A DNA stretch of 64,000 bases from Macrostomum lignano (GCA_002269645.1 NIVC01002934.1:65482-129481), one strand, 5' to 3'; shown: positions 49,620 to 63,180, counted from the first letter of the stretch. A program made the numbers and translations. Notes: generated by a model from the sequence alone, not told the origin.

Positions 49620-51594
49620 CATAGAATTCTAGATAACTAACTGGAAGAGAAGGCTCACTTTTTCGTGGGTCGAAAGCGGACACAACCGGGCCGAGTCATT
49701 TTAGCTTGTTTAAACGGCCTGCCTTTCCCTATCCAGGGAATACTCTACATAGAGTATGAGAGTATGTAGAGTATTCCCTGCCCTATCTCAGTCCCACTGA
49801 CTAAGCGGGGTTTGAGGTGGGCAGGCTCTTCACAAGGCTTGGAAGTTTTTTTGTCCTAGACAGGAGAAAAACCCTTCGGAGGGGAAGGAAGATCCCCGGT
49901 AAATCAGTGCTGTTTCTTTGTCTGTGATGCACACGGGGTAACAGGCCCCCACTTGAAAGCTGAACGCATGCACATTGGGTGTACATTTGCTCGCATGCTT
50001 TTGAGGATGCCTTCTCCACTTCACCCTAAATGAAAAATATATAAAGATTCGATATGATGCATGCTATATCAGAGACTATAGTCAGAGAGAAAGAATTGTT
50101 TATAAATACGCAGCTTACAACTACAGGTCTGGATCTGGATATGCAACTACAAATAAAAATCCAGCGGTTCAATCTTCAGGAGCAGAAAGCAGAATATTTT
50201 CTCATGTGCTTCCTTTGCATGATTTTCAACTATTTGAAGAGTGGTCGCAACGAATTCGAAGGGTAAACTACCAACCCAGGACAGAATCTCAACTGTTGCA
50301 CTTTATTGCCACCGATTTTCACACAACGTCACAAGATTCTTAGTGAGCGCAGGAGAAACAGCGACACTCTGAATAAGGAATGATGGTGTGCCGGTGTGCC
50401 CTCCATACAACAACAAAATGCGCTGTCAGCCATTCCAGCGAGTCATGGTCATGAGAGACAAGGACAACGTCACACGTTTCAGGGCCTGGGCGCGAACCGC
50501 CGGCCGCACCGCCGGCAGAGTCCGGGGCGCCGGCATTAGCCGGCAAGAAGTCGACGAAACACAGACTGCGCGCCTGTCCCCGCCGGTAGGTTGCCTGCAG
50601 CGACAGCAGCAGCACTTCCTGCACCGGCTGTGGACTTTAGGACTCGGCTCGGATGATGTGGCCTGCCAGCTGGAGTCGTGGACGGCGCAAAAGTTTGCTG
50701 GGAAGGGACAGGCCAGTGCGGCGATAGAGCCCGCATTGGTGACGTGCTCGCAGCCGATCTTAAAGACAGGCCAGCGTGCGCCGCATTGACCTGCTGTTCG
50801 AGCGAATCCGTCAGTGTCCAGGTCTCGGTGTTGTACAACAGGACGGTCTCGATCACCGCCTTGAACAACGCCGCCCTCTGGCGGTCAGGCAGGGCCTCGG
50901 ACTGCAGGACCGCCCTCACGAAACGGAAGGCAACCCAAGCAAGTCCACGGCGACGTGCTAGGTCCTCTGGAACATCAAGCACCATGGTCTGCAGACCGCC
51001 GAGGCAGACGAACTGCTGACAGTGCGGAAGCTTCGACACCTGCCTGTCAGCGTCTCGGTGTTCGAAGCACGACGATCTTCTGCGTGTTGACCCCCAGGCC
51101 GACGCTCGCAGCAACGCTCACAAGCTGGTCCAGCTGGCGCTGGGCGCGTTCGACGGTCGGCAGGAAGAGACTCGACGAAATCGTCGAGTTTGACCGCGAT
51201 GTATCAGGTGAAATCGATCGCCGGAAAGTACCGCGATGCAGTGGCGATGGTACCGCGATGTATCTTCTTCATAGATTAGATTAAGCAGCTAATTTTCTGT
51301 TCATACTATGATTTTTACTGATCCTATGTGTTTACTTTGCGGCTTTGCAAAAATATTAGTTTTGTTAAGATATGTCACAAATACCTTTAGAAACTCTTAA
51401 TAAGCACTGACTTGTTAATTAAAAAAATAAACTTAAAGAATCAAATATTACTCTTAATAGCAGCAGCCAATTATTAGTGAAAACTTTAGTGTTGAATAAG
51501 GCAGCCAGAAAACATGCAGGCTCCCACTCGGCCCGGTTGTGTCCGCCCCCCCCAAAAAAGCCTTCGCTTCCAGTTAGTTATCTAGAATTCTATG
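49620..51594. mobile_element. Non-autonomous P-superfamily-like DNA transposon (~70-bp TIRs, 7-bp TSD)
   Basis: TIRs 49620-49696 and 51526-51594 (CATAGAATTCTAGATAACTAACTGGAAG...GCGGACACAACCGGGCCGAGT). GGGTATG is duplicated at 49613-49619 and 51595-51601. CANRG termini with a 7-8 bp TSD fit the P superfamily. Confidence 0.75.
50380..51165 (-). mobile_element. 5'-truncated, degenerate RTE-like non-LTR retrotransposon (RT C-terminal part)
   Basis: AQRQLDQLVSVAASVGLGVNTQK, then RRRGLAWVAF...LFKAVIETVLLYNTETWTLTDSLEQQVNAAH and LQLAGHIIR, with frameshifts. Confidence 0.8.
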
Positions 51595-52054
51595 GGGTAT
51601 GGTTGGAATAGAGGGGGCAGAGAGGGATAGAGGGGAGAGCGCCACCAGGAAAAATCTGCACTTGGGAGCAGAGGGGAGAGAGAACCACTGAGGACTTTGG
51701 GAGATCATGCCACCGCTTGCCTTGAACTCCCCACATGCACAATACACCCACATGAAACCATGGAAACGACCTCTATGAGTCAAAGTACGGCCTTCCAACT
51801 GTACAAGTTAAGCAAGTAAAAAAATTTTCCTATTAATTTTTAATCAACGTGGCTATCTTGCAATAGTCGAAAACGCTCAAAATTATGTCTTCGAAGAGAG
51901 GGAGACAGAAAAGGGGGAAGACAGGAAAGATGAGATAGAAAGGAAGACGGGGGCAGGATGAGATAGACAGAGAAACACTGGGCGGGGGGAGAGAGGGGAG
52001 ACAGAGAGATAAGAAACGAGGAGAGGGAGGTAAAGGGAGATGGGAGGGAGGTGG

Positions 52055-52380
52055 AAGATACAGAGGGAGCTACAAAGGGAGGTACAGAGGGAGGTACAGA
52101 GGGAGGTACAGAGGGAGCTACAGAGGAAGGTACAGAGGGAGGTACAGAGGGAGGTACAGAGGGAGGTACGGAGGGAGGTACAGAGGGAGGTACAGAGGGA
52201 GCTACAGAGGGAGCTACAGAGGGAGGTACAGAGGGAGGTACAGAGGGAGGTACAGAGGGAGCTACAGAGGGAGCTACAGAGGGAGCTACAGAGGGAGCTA
52301 CAGAGGAAGGTACAGAAGGAGCTACAGAGGGAGGTACAGAGGGAGGTACAGAGGGAGCTACAGAGGGAGATACAGAGGGC
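52055..52380. repeat. 12-bp tandem repeat (acagagggaggt/gct)
   Basis: Directly visible. Confidence 0.95.
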
Positions 52381-54848
52381 GGTGGGTGGTACAGGTGTAG
52401 TGTGAGGGAGAGGGGTAGCATAGAGGTAGACACAGATGGACAGGCATGAAACACAGGTTGAAGGACAAATGATGCGGCATTTGAGGGCTAAGAGAGAAAT
52501 ATGGAGAACAGCTGAGTAGATAAGACAAGAAAACAGAAGCAATTAAGTCAACTAGAACGTTGCTGCAGCACAAAGATGGGAGACCGCCCCTAAAAACTGA
52601 AGACTTGCACCAACCGTGAACTAGAAGTAATAAATGCTACAAAAAAATCACAGCAGCAGTCACATGGCGGCGAGATAATCGCTTCATGGCCACCATGATT
52701 TTCCAAGAGGTAAACCAAGGGGCCAGAATTTTTATTAGAAGAGATTTTCTGACCCCAAAGCCACGCGCGTGGCAGCTATAGCGAGATGTGAGGCAAGCGA
52801 CCCCAGCGCTAGCAGAACCAATTTATGGGGCGAGCAAAGAGGGTAGGGAGGATAGAGGTGTCAGGGTCAAGCTGGTGGTGAGTCAGTCAATCTGCGGCGG
52901 CGAAGATCAAAGAAGCCTTGTTTCTGACTTGCTCCAGTTTTAATCTCAAAGCAATGATATGGGCTCTGTATTGGGTAAACGGCGCGAGTAACTATTACCA
53001 TATTTTAGTAAATACACGACTCGCCACCTAATTAGTAAATCTGCGTAATTTAATCTGCTCAATTTGTGGCCAATAAATTATGATGCAGCATAAATACAAA
53101 ATTTTCAAAACAGTCAGGCAATTGGACATACTACAAAAGCAATAGAACACATGGTAATGTGTTAATAATGTTGTCTTACATTTAGGCTAGCAATGCCCAA
53201 GAACAAATCAAGTGCAATTTAACTAAAGCTTAATATCTTCTAAAACAAAGCCAAAAAACAAATGAAACACTTACCACATGAGAATTAGAAAATGCCATAT
53301 GTGTGCCAAATATATGCTGAGATTGCTTTAGGTCAGCTGTAGCTTCTATAGAAAATTTATAATTTTATCAGTTTATTTCACTCAGCCAATGATAAATCTT
53401 GATACTTAGGCATACTTGTAAGCTTTTGTTACAAGTATTTATTAAATGACATTGCATCTGCCTGAAAGCTGAAAGGCCAAGGATACCAAAGTCATGAATA
53501 AAGCAATAATATTGAAAGATTTATATAGTTACAATCAAAGATTAAGTTTTATACATAAATTAGGAGCTAGGCATATAGCCAAAAAATTATTTTGAAAGAG
53601 TTACTTTTAGGGGTAATAAACTACTTTTACAATAGATATATCTATCATATATTTTTAAAATAGATAACTTTTAGGCTATTTAAGATCTGTCTTATCCCTT
53701 TCTCTATGCCTTTAGGAAAAACATTTGTTAATTTAATAATAGATATAACTAAATAAACAATCTAGATAAAAGTAGGCTTAATTTCTAATAATATCAATTG
53801 CGAAGCAAACTTTAAAAAATCAAAATAGGCCTTATATAAGCTATATCTCTTAAGTAGCAATCTTTAAGTTTAATAGAAGCTAGTCAAAATACCTATTTTA
53901 ATTTTTATCCTATACAAACTAATGACCTATCATTGATGACCTATCAAAAAATTAGGAATTTGGCAACATAGCCATATAGCCTAACCTAGTTGTTTGTTAT
54001 CAATTATCATTTAAAAAATATCTTTGAGTTAGTCAATTAGTAAATAAGTAGAGAAAGGAGTAAGGCATTAGGATAGGATCCAAATCCTAATCTTAGGATC
54101 TTAGCAAAATCAAGATCTTGCCTATGCAACCTTAAGTCGATATGCTTTTAGTTTTACTATGTTTTACATTCATTCGTTAACAATGGATTCCAATTATGAT
54201 CTTTTTGTTATTTCAAATCCAACAAAAAATTGAATTACAGTCCCACCCAAACAAAAAACCGTGATCTGCATTTAACCTCCAGGCTCCAGTAGTTGACTAG
54301 GCCCAAAGCTCTAAGAAACATTGTCTTTGACTTTAGGTTAATTGACAAGCGAATTTCTGCCAGATACATGCAGGTAATCGTGAAAAGACTGAAACACAAA
54401 CTATTTTTCTAAGAAAAATGGACATTTGTTCGTGTGCCCACATTTTTAACAAAAACATTGCCAAAACTTTTTAACGATTCACTATTGCGCCTTATATGTA
54501 TAAAAAGCATAGATTCAATAACTCAGAAAAACGTTTATATGTCCAAAACAATAGAACTAATTCTGCAAGGGTTATTGCTTTTGTTGATTACAAAATATGC
54601 ATGAACTTTATTGTTGATTGTTATGATTGATTACAATTCTTAGTCTGCAAAAACATGAAAACACGGTGCTACAGAATCCTCGGAAAATGTGGTTCTATAT
54701 GTGCTACCTGGTTCTATTAGGCAAATTTTATTACAATTTTAATAATTAATCGCTGAATTAGCCATCAATGGGATGCCATTTCAGTATGAGTTGTTAATTA
54801 TTTTAATATTAAATTACATGCATTACGTCGACTAGTCTAGGCTAGGCA

Positions 54849-55056
54849 GGGCTGTGTGCACCCTTGGGCGCACTTAAGCGACATTGCAGTCACACACAAC
54901 CGACATAACCGATGCCGCCGATCTTCCCCGGATCTGGAGCAGGTAAGGATACGTACGCAGTCACACGCACAGGCACACACTCAACTTGCTGACTTGGAAG
55001 CCTGGGCCGCTGGGACAACAGAGCAACCGCGCTAGACCACTAAGGCTACAACCCCC
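54849..55056 (-). mobile_element. Degenerate, internally deleted copy of the tRNA-SINE family
   Basis: Shares gggctgtgtgcacc...gcgcactt.aagcgacat, ggatacgtacgcag and gcgctagacc..ggctac with the 6491-6860 copy. Confidence 0.7.
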
Positions 55057-55424
55057 ACGTATCACGTCAGCCGCTCACATTGATTTACATGTATAGACTC
55101 ATGGATTAATGAGATTGCATGTATGGCTCCTCGATTCAATAAACAGCAATCAAATTCTTGATGAAGGATCGTGTCCTGACTGGGTGCCAGAGAGCTTCCA
55201 TATTAGGCAAAAAAAGAATCAATCCTTTTAGCAACTACATGTAAATGCATTTACTATAATTAAGCTGATTAGATCAATCACAACAATATTTAATTAATTG
55301 GCTAACAATAGCTTGCCAGTCGGGGTTGCATAAATATCTGAAGCAGCTGCTATTCGCGGCTATGACCTGGCCAGATTTGCACAGAATAACAGCAGCAGCA
55401 GCAGCAGCAGCAGCTAGATTGGCA

Positions 55425-58400
55425 ATGTATAAAAACTTCTGCCACAAAGTCAAACCGAAACCGGCCGCTAATATGCTGGCGACTGAAATGGAGAACCAAG
55501 AGAAGTCGCTCGACGAACAGCTGACGGTGCTCGATATCGAGGCGTCGCCCGTGAAGCCGAAGGTCTCCGCAGCCAGCGACGCCGCCGAGCAAGCAAAAAC
55601 AGTTGATGAGGCGCTGCAGCTGTTGTACTCCGGCCAGTTTGAGCAGTTCTCAGCCGAGCTGGAGCGCAGTCCGGACGCTCTGCTACTACTCGGACACGGA
55701 GTCGGTCGCGACGGCCGCTACAGATGCCGCTACAGCCGGGAGTCGCCGATGCGAAGTCGACGAGCGATCAGAGCCGAAACAGAGCTCGAGCTGAGCGTCT
55801 TTGTGCAGGTTAATTAATCAGTGTCTGAATTTAAATTCCATACGAAATCGTCACTGGTTATTTTTTAGAAGACGGGCTTTGAATTTGCAAAAGATGCTTG
55901 AATTTGACTTTAACTTTGCTGCAATGCTTAATCTCACAGGGAGGGTGGTAGGGACATAGAGAGACACAAGGAGGGTGAGAGAGACACAGGGAGGGTAGAA
56001 GAGACACAGGGGGGTAGGAGAGACACAGGGGGGTAGGAGAGACACAGGGAGGGTAGAAGAGACACAGGGGGGTAGGAGAGACACAGGGAGGGTAGAAGAG
56101 ACACAGGGGGGTAGGAGAGACACAGGGGGATAGGAGAGACACAGGGAGGGTAGGAGAGACACAGATGGATGGGAGAAAGTAGAAACCCCACTAGAAACGA
56201 AGTCGCGGGGCCAGTCAGGGAGGTCCGGCGGGCCTTCACAGACCTCATATCCAACGCTGAGACAATTCAACCTGATGCAGCTGCAAGTACGGCAGAACTA
56301 CAGCCATCCAGCATCCGCAAACTCCTGCCCGCAGGTGCTGCTGACCGGCGATCAGACGCTGATAGACCGGACTGTCCAGCTGGTGGAGTCTCGGCCAGAC
56401 AACAGCCTGTGGCCGGGCGTCCGGTGCGCCTTGTTCGGCCTGGCCGACCTCTGCTGCTGCCCGGAACTTCCCGGCCGCCAGCTTCGACTGGCGCGACTCT
56501 TCTGCGGCCTGACGCGTCGGCACGCCGACTTCTGCGCCCGCCTGCTGCTGGAGGAGGCCACCGTCGAGGCGATGCGGCCAGTCGAGTTCGCGGCCACCTG
56601 GGACCTCTTCTACCTGGTGGACGCCTTTGCCAACGCGCCGGGTCAGTCAGCCAGTAGACTGGTGCTCAGAACTGGTGCTCATCTTGCTGAGGCAGGATCT
56701 CACTATGTACACTTCAGCCAGTCTTCCATGTCCTGATCCCACATTCTAATCCCAACCCGTTTACATCTTAAACTCCTAAACTCACTTATTGATGAGGATG
56801 ATCCCATTCCGAATCCTGAGATCTCATATCCATAAAATAATCCCAGATCCTCTCTTCCAGATCCCAGATCACTAATCCCACATGTCGCATCCTGACTTCA
56901 GATCCCTGATCTCAAATCCCAAATCGCCCATCCTGATACCAGATTCCAGATCCCTAATCCAGCATCGTGATCCCAAATCCCAAATCCATCCTCCTGATCC
57001 CAGATCCAACATCCTGATCCCAGATCCCACATCACGATCCCAGATCCCACATCATGATCCCAGATACCAAATCCCGCATCACGGTTTCACAGGCCACCTC
57101 ATTCGGGTCAGCCCGCACCCCACCGACTCCCGCCTGAGCACGGAGGAGATCCACCTGACGCCGTACGCATGCGCCGGTGGTCCCCGTTTCCTGAAGTCGC
57201 CGTTCCTTCGCCTGGTGAACGCTGCCCAGCCGCGCCTCGGCGAGGCTCTGTCGCCGGGCCACCTGCGCTTCTACAGGAGCCGCGTCGCCCGAGCCTACTT
57301 CGCCAGCCTTCGCCCGCTGATTGGCCAGAAAAGCGTCACATTCAGTTCGGCGTTCTCGTACCTGTTCATGTACTTCAGCCTGCTCACCACCCTCACAGTG
57401 CGAATTTTCACTCGCGACACTTTCAATGCTAGCGTGGAAGTTCGAGTGCCCGGGCTCGAGTCCGACTTTTCTTCTGATGGCGGCAACGACAGCTCAGTGA
57501 TTTCCTACCTGCGACTCGTGTCGCCGGAGACCCTGAGCGCATTCCGGTACGTGTTTTATGTACGACTCGTGCTGCAGATTGGCATCTTCGGCTGCTGGGG
57601 AGCCTGGATCGGGATGAAGATGATCAACCACTACAGCTTGCACAGGTTAGTGTCTTGGATTGAGCACTCCAGTGTCTTGGATTGAGCACTCCAGTGTCTT
57701 GGATTGGGCACTCCCTGTGTCTTGGATTGGGCACTCCCTGTGTCTTGGATTGGGCACTCCCTGTGCCTTGGATTGGGCACTCCTGTCTCTTATATTGGGC
57801 ACTGCCGTCTCTTGGGTTTAGCACTCCCGTGTCTTATATTGGGCACTCCCGTGTCTTTGATTGGGCACTGTAGTGTCTTGTATTGGGTACTCCCGTGTCT
57901 TGGATTGGGCACTCCCGTGTCTTGGATTGGGCACTCCCATGTCTTAGATTGGGCGCTCCCGGTGTCTTTGACTGGGCACTGTAGTGTCTAGTATTGGGCA
58001 CTCCTGTCTCTTATATTGGGCACTGCCGTCTCTTGGGTTGGGCACTCCCGTGTCTTTGATTGGGCACTCCCGTGTCTTTGATTCGGCACTCCCGTGTCTT
58101 GTATTGAGCACTCCAGTGTCTTGGATTGAGCACTCCAGTGTCTTGGATTGGGCACTCCCTGTGTCTTGGATTGGGCACTCCCTGTGTCTTGGATTGGGCA
58201 CTCCCTGTGCCTTGGATTGGGCACTCCTGTCTCTTATATTGGGCACTGCCGTCTCTTGGGTTTAGCACTCCCGTGTCTTATATTGGGCACTCCCGTGTCT
58301 TGGATTGGGCACTCCCGTGTCTTGGATTGGGCACTCCCATGTCTTAGATTGGGCGCTCCCCGTGTCTTTGACTGGGCACTGTAGTGTCTAGTATTGGGCA

Positions 58401-61181
58401 CTCCTGTCTCTTATATTGGGCACTGCCGTCTCTTGGTTGGGCACTCCCGTGTCTTTGATTGGGCACTCCCGTGTCTTTGATTGGGCACTCCCGTGTCTTA
58501 CATTAAGCAATCCGAGCAAAATGCTTGCATTTCTACTGTCAGTAGCTGCTCTCATACCGTGCAGTTGAAAATCCTCGCAGGTCAGCCAGAAGAGACTGGC
58601 TGGGCGCTCGCTGGCTCAGCAGCTCCGTCACAATGCGTAGAGACGTGTTCGACGGTGTAATGCTGAGCTTTGTGCTCATGCAGCTGGTCGCCCTGCTGCT
58701 CGAGCAGCTGTTCTTCATCGACCTGGCCGGCAGCTACTCAGCTACAGACGATCCGCAGGTGTTTTACGTCAATAAAAGTCGGCTACAGGTTGGCATAGTA
58801 ACCACCTGCACATACCTGCTGGTGATGCTGCTGGTGATGATGTGCGACATGTCCCTGCATCACAGGATATTTTTCTACGTGCTGTACAGTCTGAACGTGT
58901 CCTCGAAGATGGTGTACCTGATCTGCGCGCCAATATTTATGGTGGGCTGCACTCTGCTGCTCAGCCAGCCGTTCATTCCAGTGAGTAGTGCGCTTGTTGG
59001 GGCAATGAGGATATGTGAGTAGATTTTTTATGTTGTCGGACTATATGGACTCAAGCTGAGTCATTCTTTACTATTTTTAAAGCTATTAGTTAACTCTAAC
59101 TGTGACTCACAATCAATCACCAATCACCATCCAATCACCATCCAATCACCATCCAATCACCATCCAATTACCACCCAATCACCATCCAATCACCATATAA
59201 TAGCCATCCAATCACCATCCAATCACCATCCAATCACCACCCAATCACCATTCAATCACCATCCAATTACCACCCAATCACCATCCAATTACCACCCAAT
59301 CACCATCCAATCACAATCCAATTACCATCCAATTACCAACCACAATCACCATCCAATCACCATATAATAGCCATCCAATCACCATCCAATCACAATCCAA
59401 TTACCATCCAATCACCATCCAATCACCACCCAATCACCATCCAATCACCATCCAATTACACCACCAATCACCATCCAATCACCATATAATAGCCATCCAA
59501 TCACCATCCAATCACCACCCAATCACCATCCAATCACCATCCAATCACCATCCAATCACCATCCAATTACCACCAATCACCATCCAATCACCATCCAATC
59601 ACCAATCACCACCCATCACCATCCAATCACCACCCAATCACCATCCAATCACCATCCAATCACCATCCAGTCACCATCCAATCACCAATCACCACCCAAT
59701 CACCATCCAATCACCATCCAATCACCATCCAATCACCATCCAATCACCATCCAATCACCATCCAATCACCATCCAGTCACCATCCAATCACCATCCAATC
59801 ACCATCCAATCACCATCCAATCACCATCCAATCACCAATCACCATCCAATCACCATCCAATCATATCCAATCACCATCCAATCATATCCAATCACCATCC
59901 AATCACCATCCAATCACCCAATCACCATCCAATCACCATCCAATCACCATCCAGTCACCATCCAATCACCATCCAATCACCATCCAATCACCAATCACCA
60001 CCCAATCACCATCCAATCACCAATCACCACCCAATCACCATCCAATCACCATCCAATCACCATCCAATCACCATCCAATCACCATCCAGTCACCATCCAG
60101 TCACCATCCAGTCACCATCCAGTCACCATCCAGTCACCATCCAGTCACCATCCAGTCACCATCCAGTCACCATCCAGTCACCATCCAGTCACCATCCAAT
60201 CACCAATCACCATCCAATCACCATCCAATCACCATCCAATCACCAATCACCACCCAATCACCATCCAATCACCATCCAATCACCATCCAATCACCATCCA
60301 ATCACCATCCAGTCACCATCCAGTCACCATCCAGTCACCATCCAGTCACCATCCAGTCACCATCCAGTCACCATCCAGTCACCATCCAGTCACCATCCAG
60401 TCACCATCCAGTCACCATCCAGTCACCATCCAGTCACCATCCAATCACCAATCACCATCCAATCACCATCCAATCATATCCAATCACCATCCAATCACCA
60501 ATCACCACCCAATCACCATCCAATCACCATCCAATCACCATCCAGTCACCATCCAATCACCATCCAATCACCATCCAATCACCAATCACCACCCAATCAC
60601 CATCCAATCACCATCCAATCACCATCCAGTCACCATCCAGTCACCATCCAGTCACCATCCAATCGCCATGAAATCGCAACCCAAATTTGTCAGACCGACT
60701 GCAGCCGCTGGGCCTGCGTCCCGGACTTCGTGATTCGCACATTTCGATACACCTTCGGCTTGACGGAGTTCCGCGCCTCGCCGACTACCTAGTGCTGTGG
60801 CCGCAGGCCATTGTCTACCTGTGCGTGGCGGTGTTCACTCTGAACTTCGGCGTGGCGATGCTCACCCAGCAGATTGCTCTGCTGCAGGACTCGGTGGAGT
60901 TCCGCCAGCACATGCTCCTGGCCTACATTGTGCACCAGTTCGAGACGGCTCGTCGCCAGGTGACCCGCCTGACCCTGCCGGCTCGGGTGCTGCGCCTCAT
61001 TGACGACAGGAACGGCGAGGCGGTGTCGCTGGTGCTCACCCGGCTGCGGGCTCGAGCAGCGGACTGCCGCGGCGGCTGCGGCGGTGACACCAGCGAGGAG
61101 GACGATGGCGAGGACGAGGACAGTGACCTGGGCGTGACGGCGGTAGCGAGGGCGGCGAGGGCGCGAGCGGTGCTTGGCTGA
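55425..61181 (+). CDS. Divergent TRP-like (TRPV-resembling) 6-TM ion channel, 5 exons, apparent 1-nt frameshift near 60770
   Basis: Exons 55425 (or 55362)-55808, 56335-56641, 57093-57645, 58581-58980, 60694-61181, with matching phases. Multiple TM segments, pore-helix-like FVIRTFRYTFGLTEF, S6 VAVFTLNFGVAMLTQQI and TRP-box-like EFRQHMLLAYIVHQFE. No clear ankyrin repeats. Confidence 0.65.
55935..56165. repeat. ~21-bp GA-rich repeat in TRP intron 1
   Basis: gggagggtagaagagacaca units. Confidence 0.9.
57650..58500. repeat. ~22-bp minisatellite with ~445-bp higher-order duplication in TRP intron 3
   Basis: The variant order starting at ~57660 recurs from ~58105. Confidence 0.85.
59110..60665. 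repeat. 11-bp (ccaatcaccat)n array in TRP intron 4
   Basis: About 140 units with ccagtc variants. Confidence 0.95.
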
Positions 61182-61221
61182 TGAAGGGAGACCGATGAGG
61201 ATTCTGTAGCTCTGATGAGGA

Positions 61222-61442
<221 letters not shown>

Positions 61443-61659
61443 CCTCATAATGAAGCAACTATGGAAGCAGTATGAAGCAATGTCTGTTTTTCAAGAGTTT
61501 TTACGTGAAACAGTGCCATCAGAGAAGTGTGATATTTACGGCTCTGTACGAGGACAAAGCAAATTAACCGTCTTGTGAACAAAATCTGTATACTGCTACA
61601 CACTTTCCAATTTAATATTAAGAGTAATAATAATAAAATAATCATAATATAATAACTGA

Positions 61660-61941
61660 TTACACCTGCCCCAATGGGCAGATGTGCAACCGACAGCTCA
61701 GCCGCAGCTATTGCGCGGCGCATCTGAAGGCTGCGTACGGCTGTTCAGTCCAAGGACTGGGGGTCGCCACCCTCAGTTACCCCAGCTAATGCTGGTAACC
61801 CATTTTACAACTGGGTTAACCGAAGCAATACAGAGTTAAGTGTCTTGCTCAAGGACACAAATTGTTCCGAGTGGGATCGGGAATCGAACCCCCGACCTTC
61901 CGGTCGTGAGTCCGATGCTCTAACCACTAGGCTGCAGCCCC
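61660..61941 (-). mobile_element. tRNA-derived CORE-type SINE
   Basis: Minus strand has a tRNA head (GCCTAGTGGTTAGAGC...GGTTCGATTCCC), then TGTGTCCTTGAGCAAGACACTTAACTCT...GTAAAATGG resembling the MIR/CORE domain. Confidence 0.8.
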
Positions 61942-62084
61942 TGTAGACTACAATTCAATACATCATGACATTTCATCATGCTCATGAAACCCGAGCAGAC
62001 ATTTTGTCTGCAGCATGTAAGTGGAAAATGTTATTCAATGAATATTTGAGATGAGAAACCCCACTTAGTAACAACCACACTGTG

Positions 62085-62660
62085 GCATTCCTCACATTCC
62101 TCAAATTCCTTAGATTCTCCACATTCTTTACATTCCTTACATTCTCCACATTCTCCACATTCCTTACATTCCCCACATTCCTTGCATTCCCCACATTCCT
62201 TACATTCTCCACATTCCTTACATTCCCCACATTCCTTACATTTTCCACATTCCTTACATTCCCCACATTCCTTACATTCCCCACATTCCTTACATTTTCC
62301 ACATTCCTTACATTCTCCACATTCCTTACATTCTCCACATTCCTTACATTCTCCACATTCCTTACATTCTCCACATTCCTCACATTCCTCACATTCCTTA
62401 GATTCCCCACATTCCTTACATTCCTCACATTCCTCACATTCCTCACATTCCTCACATTCCTCACATTCCTTAGATTCCCCACATTCCTTACATTCTCCAC
62501 ATTCCTTACATTCTCCACATTCCTTACATTCTCCACATTCCTTACATTCTCCACATTCCTTACATTCTCCACATTCCTCACATTCCTCACATTCCTTAGA
62601 TTCCCCACATTCCTTACATTCCTTACATTCCTTACATTCCTCACATTCCTCACATTCCCA
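62085..62660. repeat. 9/18-bp repeat (cacattcct/tacattctc)
   Basis: Directly visible. Confidence 0.95.
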
Positions 62661-63180
62661 CATTCCCCAAATCTCACACCACTAGACAAGCACAACTGGT
62701 TTGTTAAGCTGCATCAGGTTAATATTTTACAGTTTTGTATCTATGAAGTGCAGTCATAAGTCGCAGTGACAATCACTGACTCGGCACTCGTGACTCGGCA
62801 GAGCAATCAATCCGCAGCATCTCAGCACTAATTTCTCAGCGCACGCCCCGACATCGCATCGACATAAAGGCCGGCAGGTCTTCGCGGTCAGGTAGGGCAC
62901 CCAGCACCGCGTTCAAACCACCGAACAGCGGCGGACATCGGGAACCAAAGACCGCAGAGGTAGACGAACTGGGTAGGCGCTGGTCCAGTCCAACTCACCA
63001 GAGGTCCTTGTCTTCATGCTACAGGATCAGGTGAAATCCTAATCATGCTCACTTGCAGCTTCAGTCGCTTGGATGGTACTCGTAAACTCGTGCGGCGTTA
63101 TCAAGAGCAACTTCTTTGACGATTGCGAGAACACTTCGAGCCCTACAACTCAAGCAGATCAGAAAGGAGGAGGATGTGCA

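Noticed and set aside
49734-49800. Hammerhead ribozyme or pre-miRNA at the hairpin
   Set aside because: No CUGANGA/GAAA core in the correct register, and 47 nt is short for a pre-miRNA; kept only as a TE-internal hairpin.
55809-58580. Direct repeats at TRP intron boundaries (GCAG|GT)
   Set aside because: Matches of 5-6 nt are explained by the ordinary MAG|GT consensus.
61860-61941. tRNA gene (also 6790-6860 and 18560-18625)
   Set aside because: A/B boxes are present but there is no complete cloverleaf, and each continues into a SINE body.
62031-62759. Cys-rich metallothionein-like ORF (ECGECK)n and other-frame ORFs
   Set aside because: Translation of a 9/18-bp DNA repeat that is open in several frames on both strands, with no splice or protein context.
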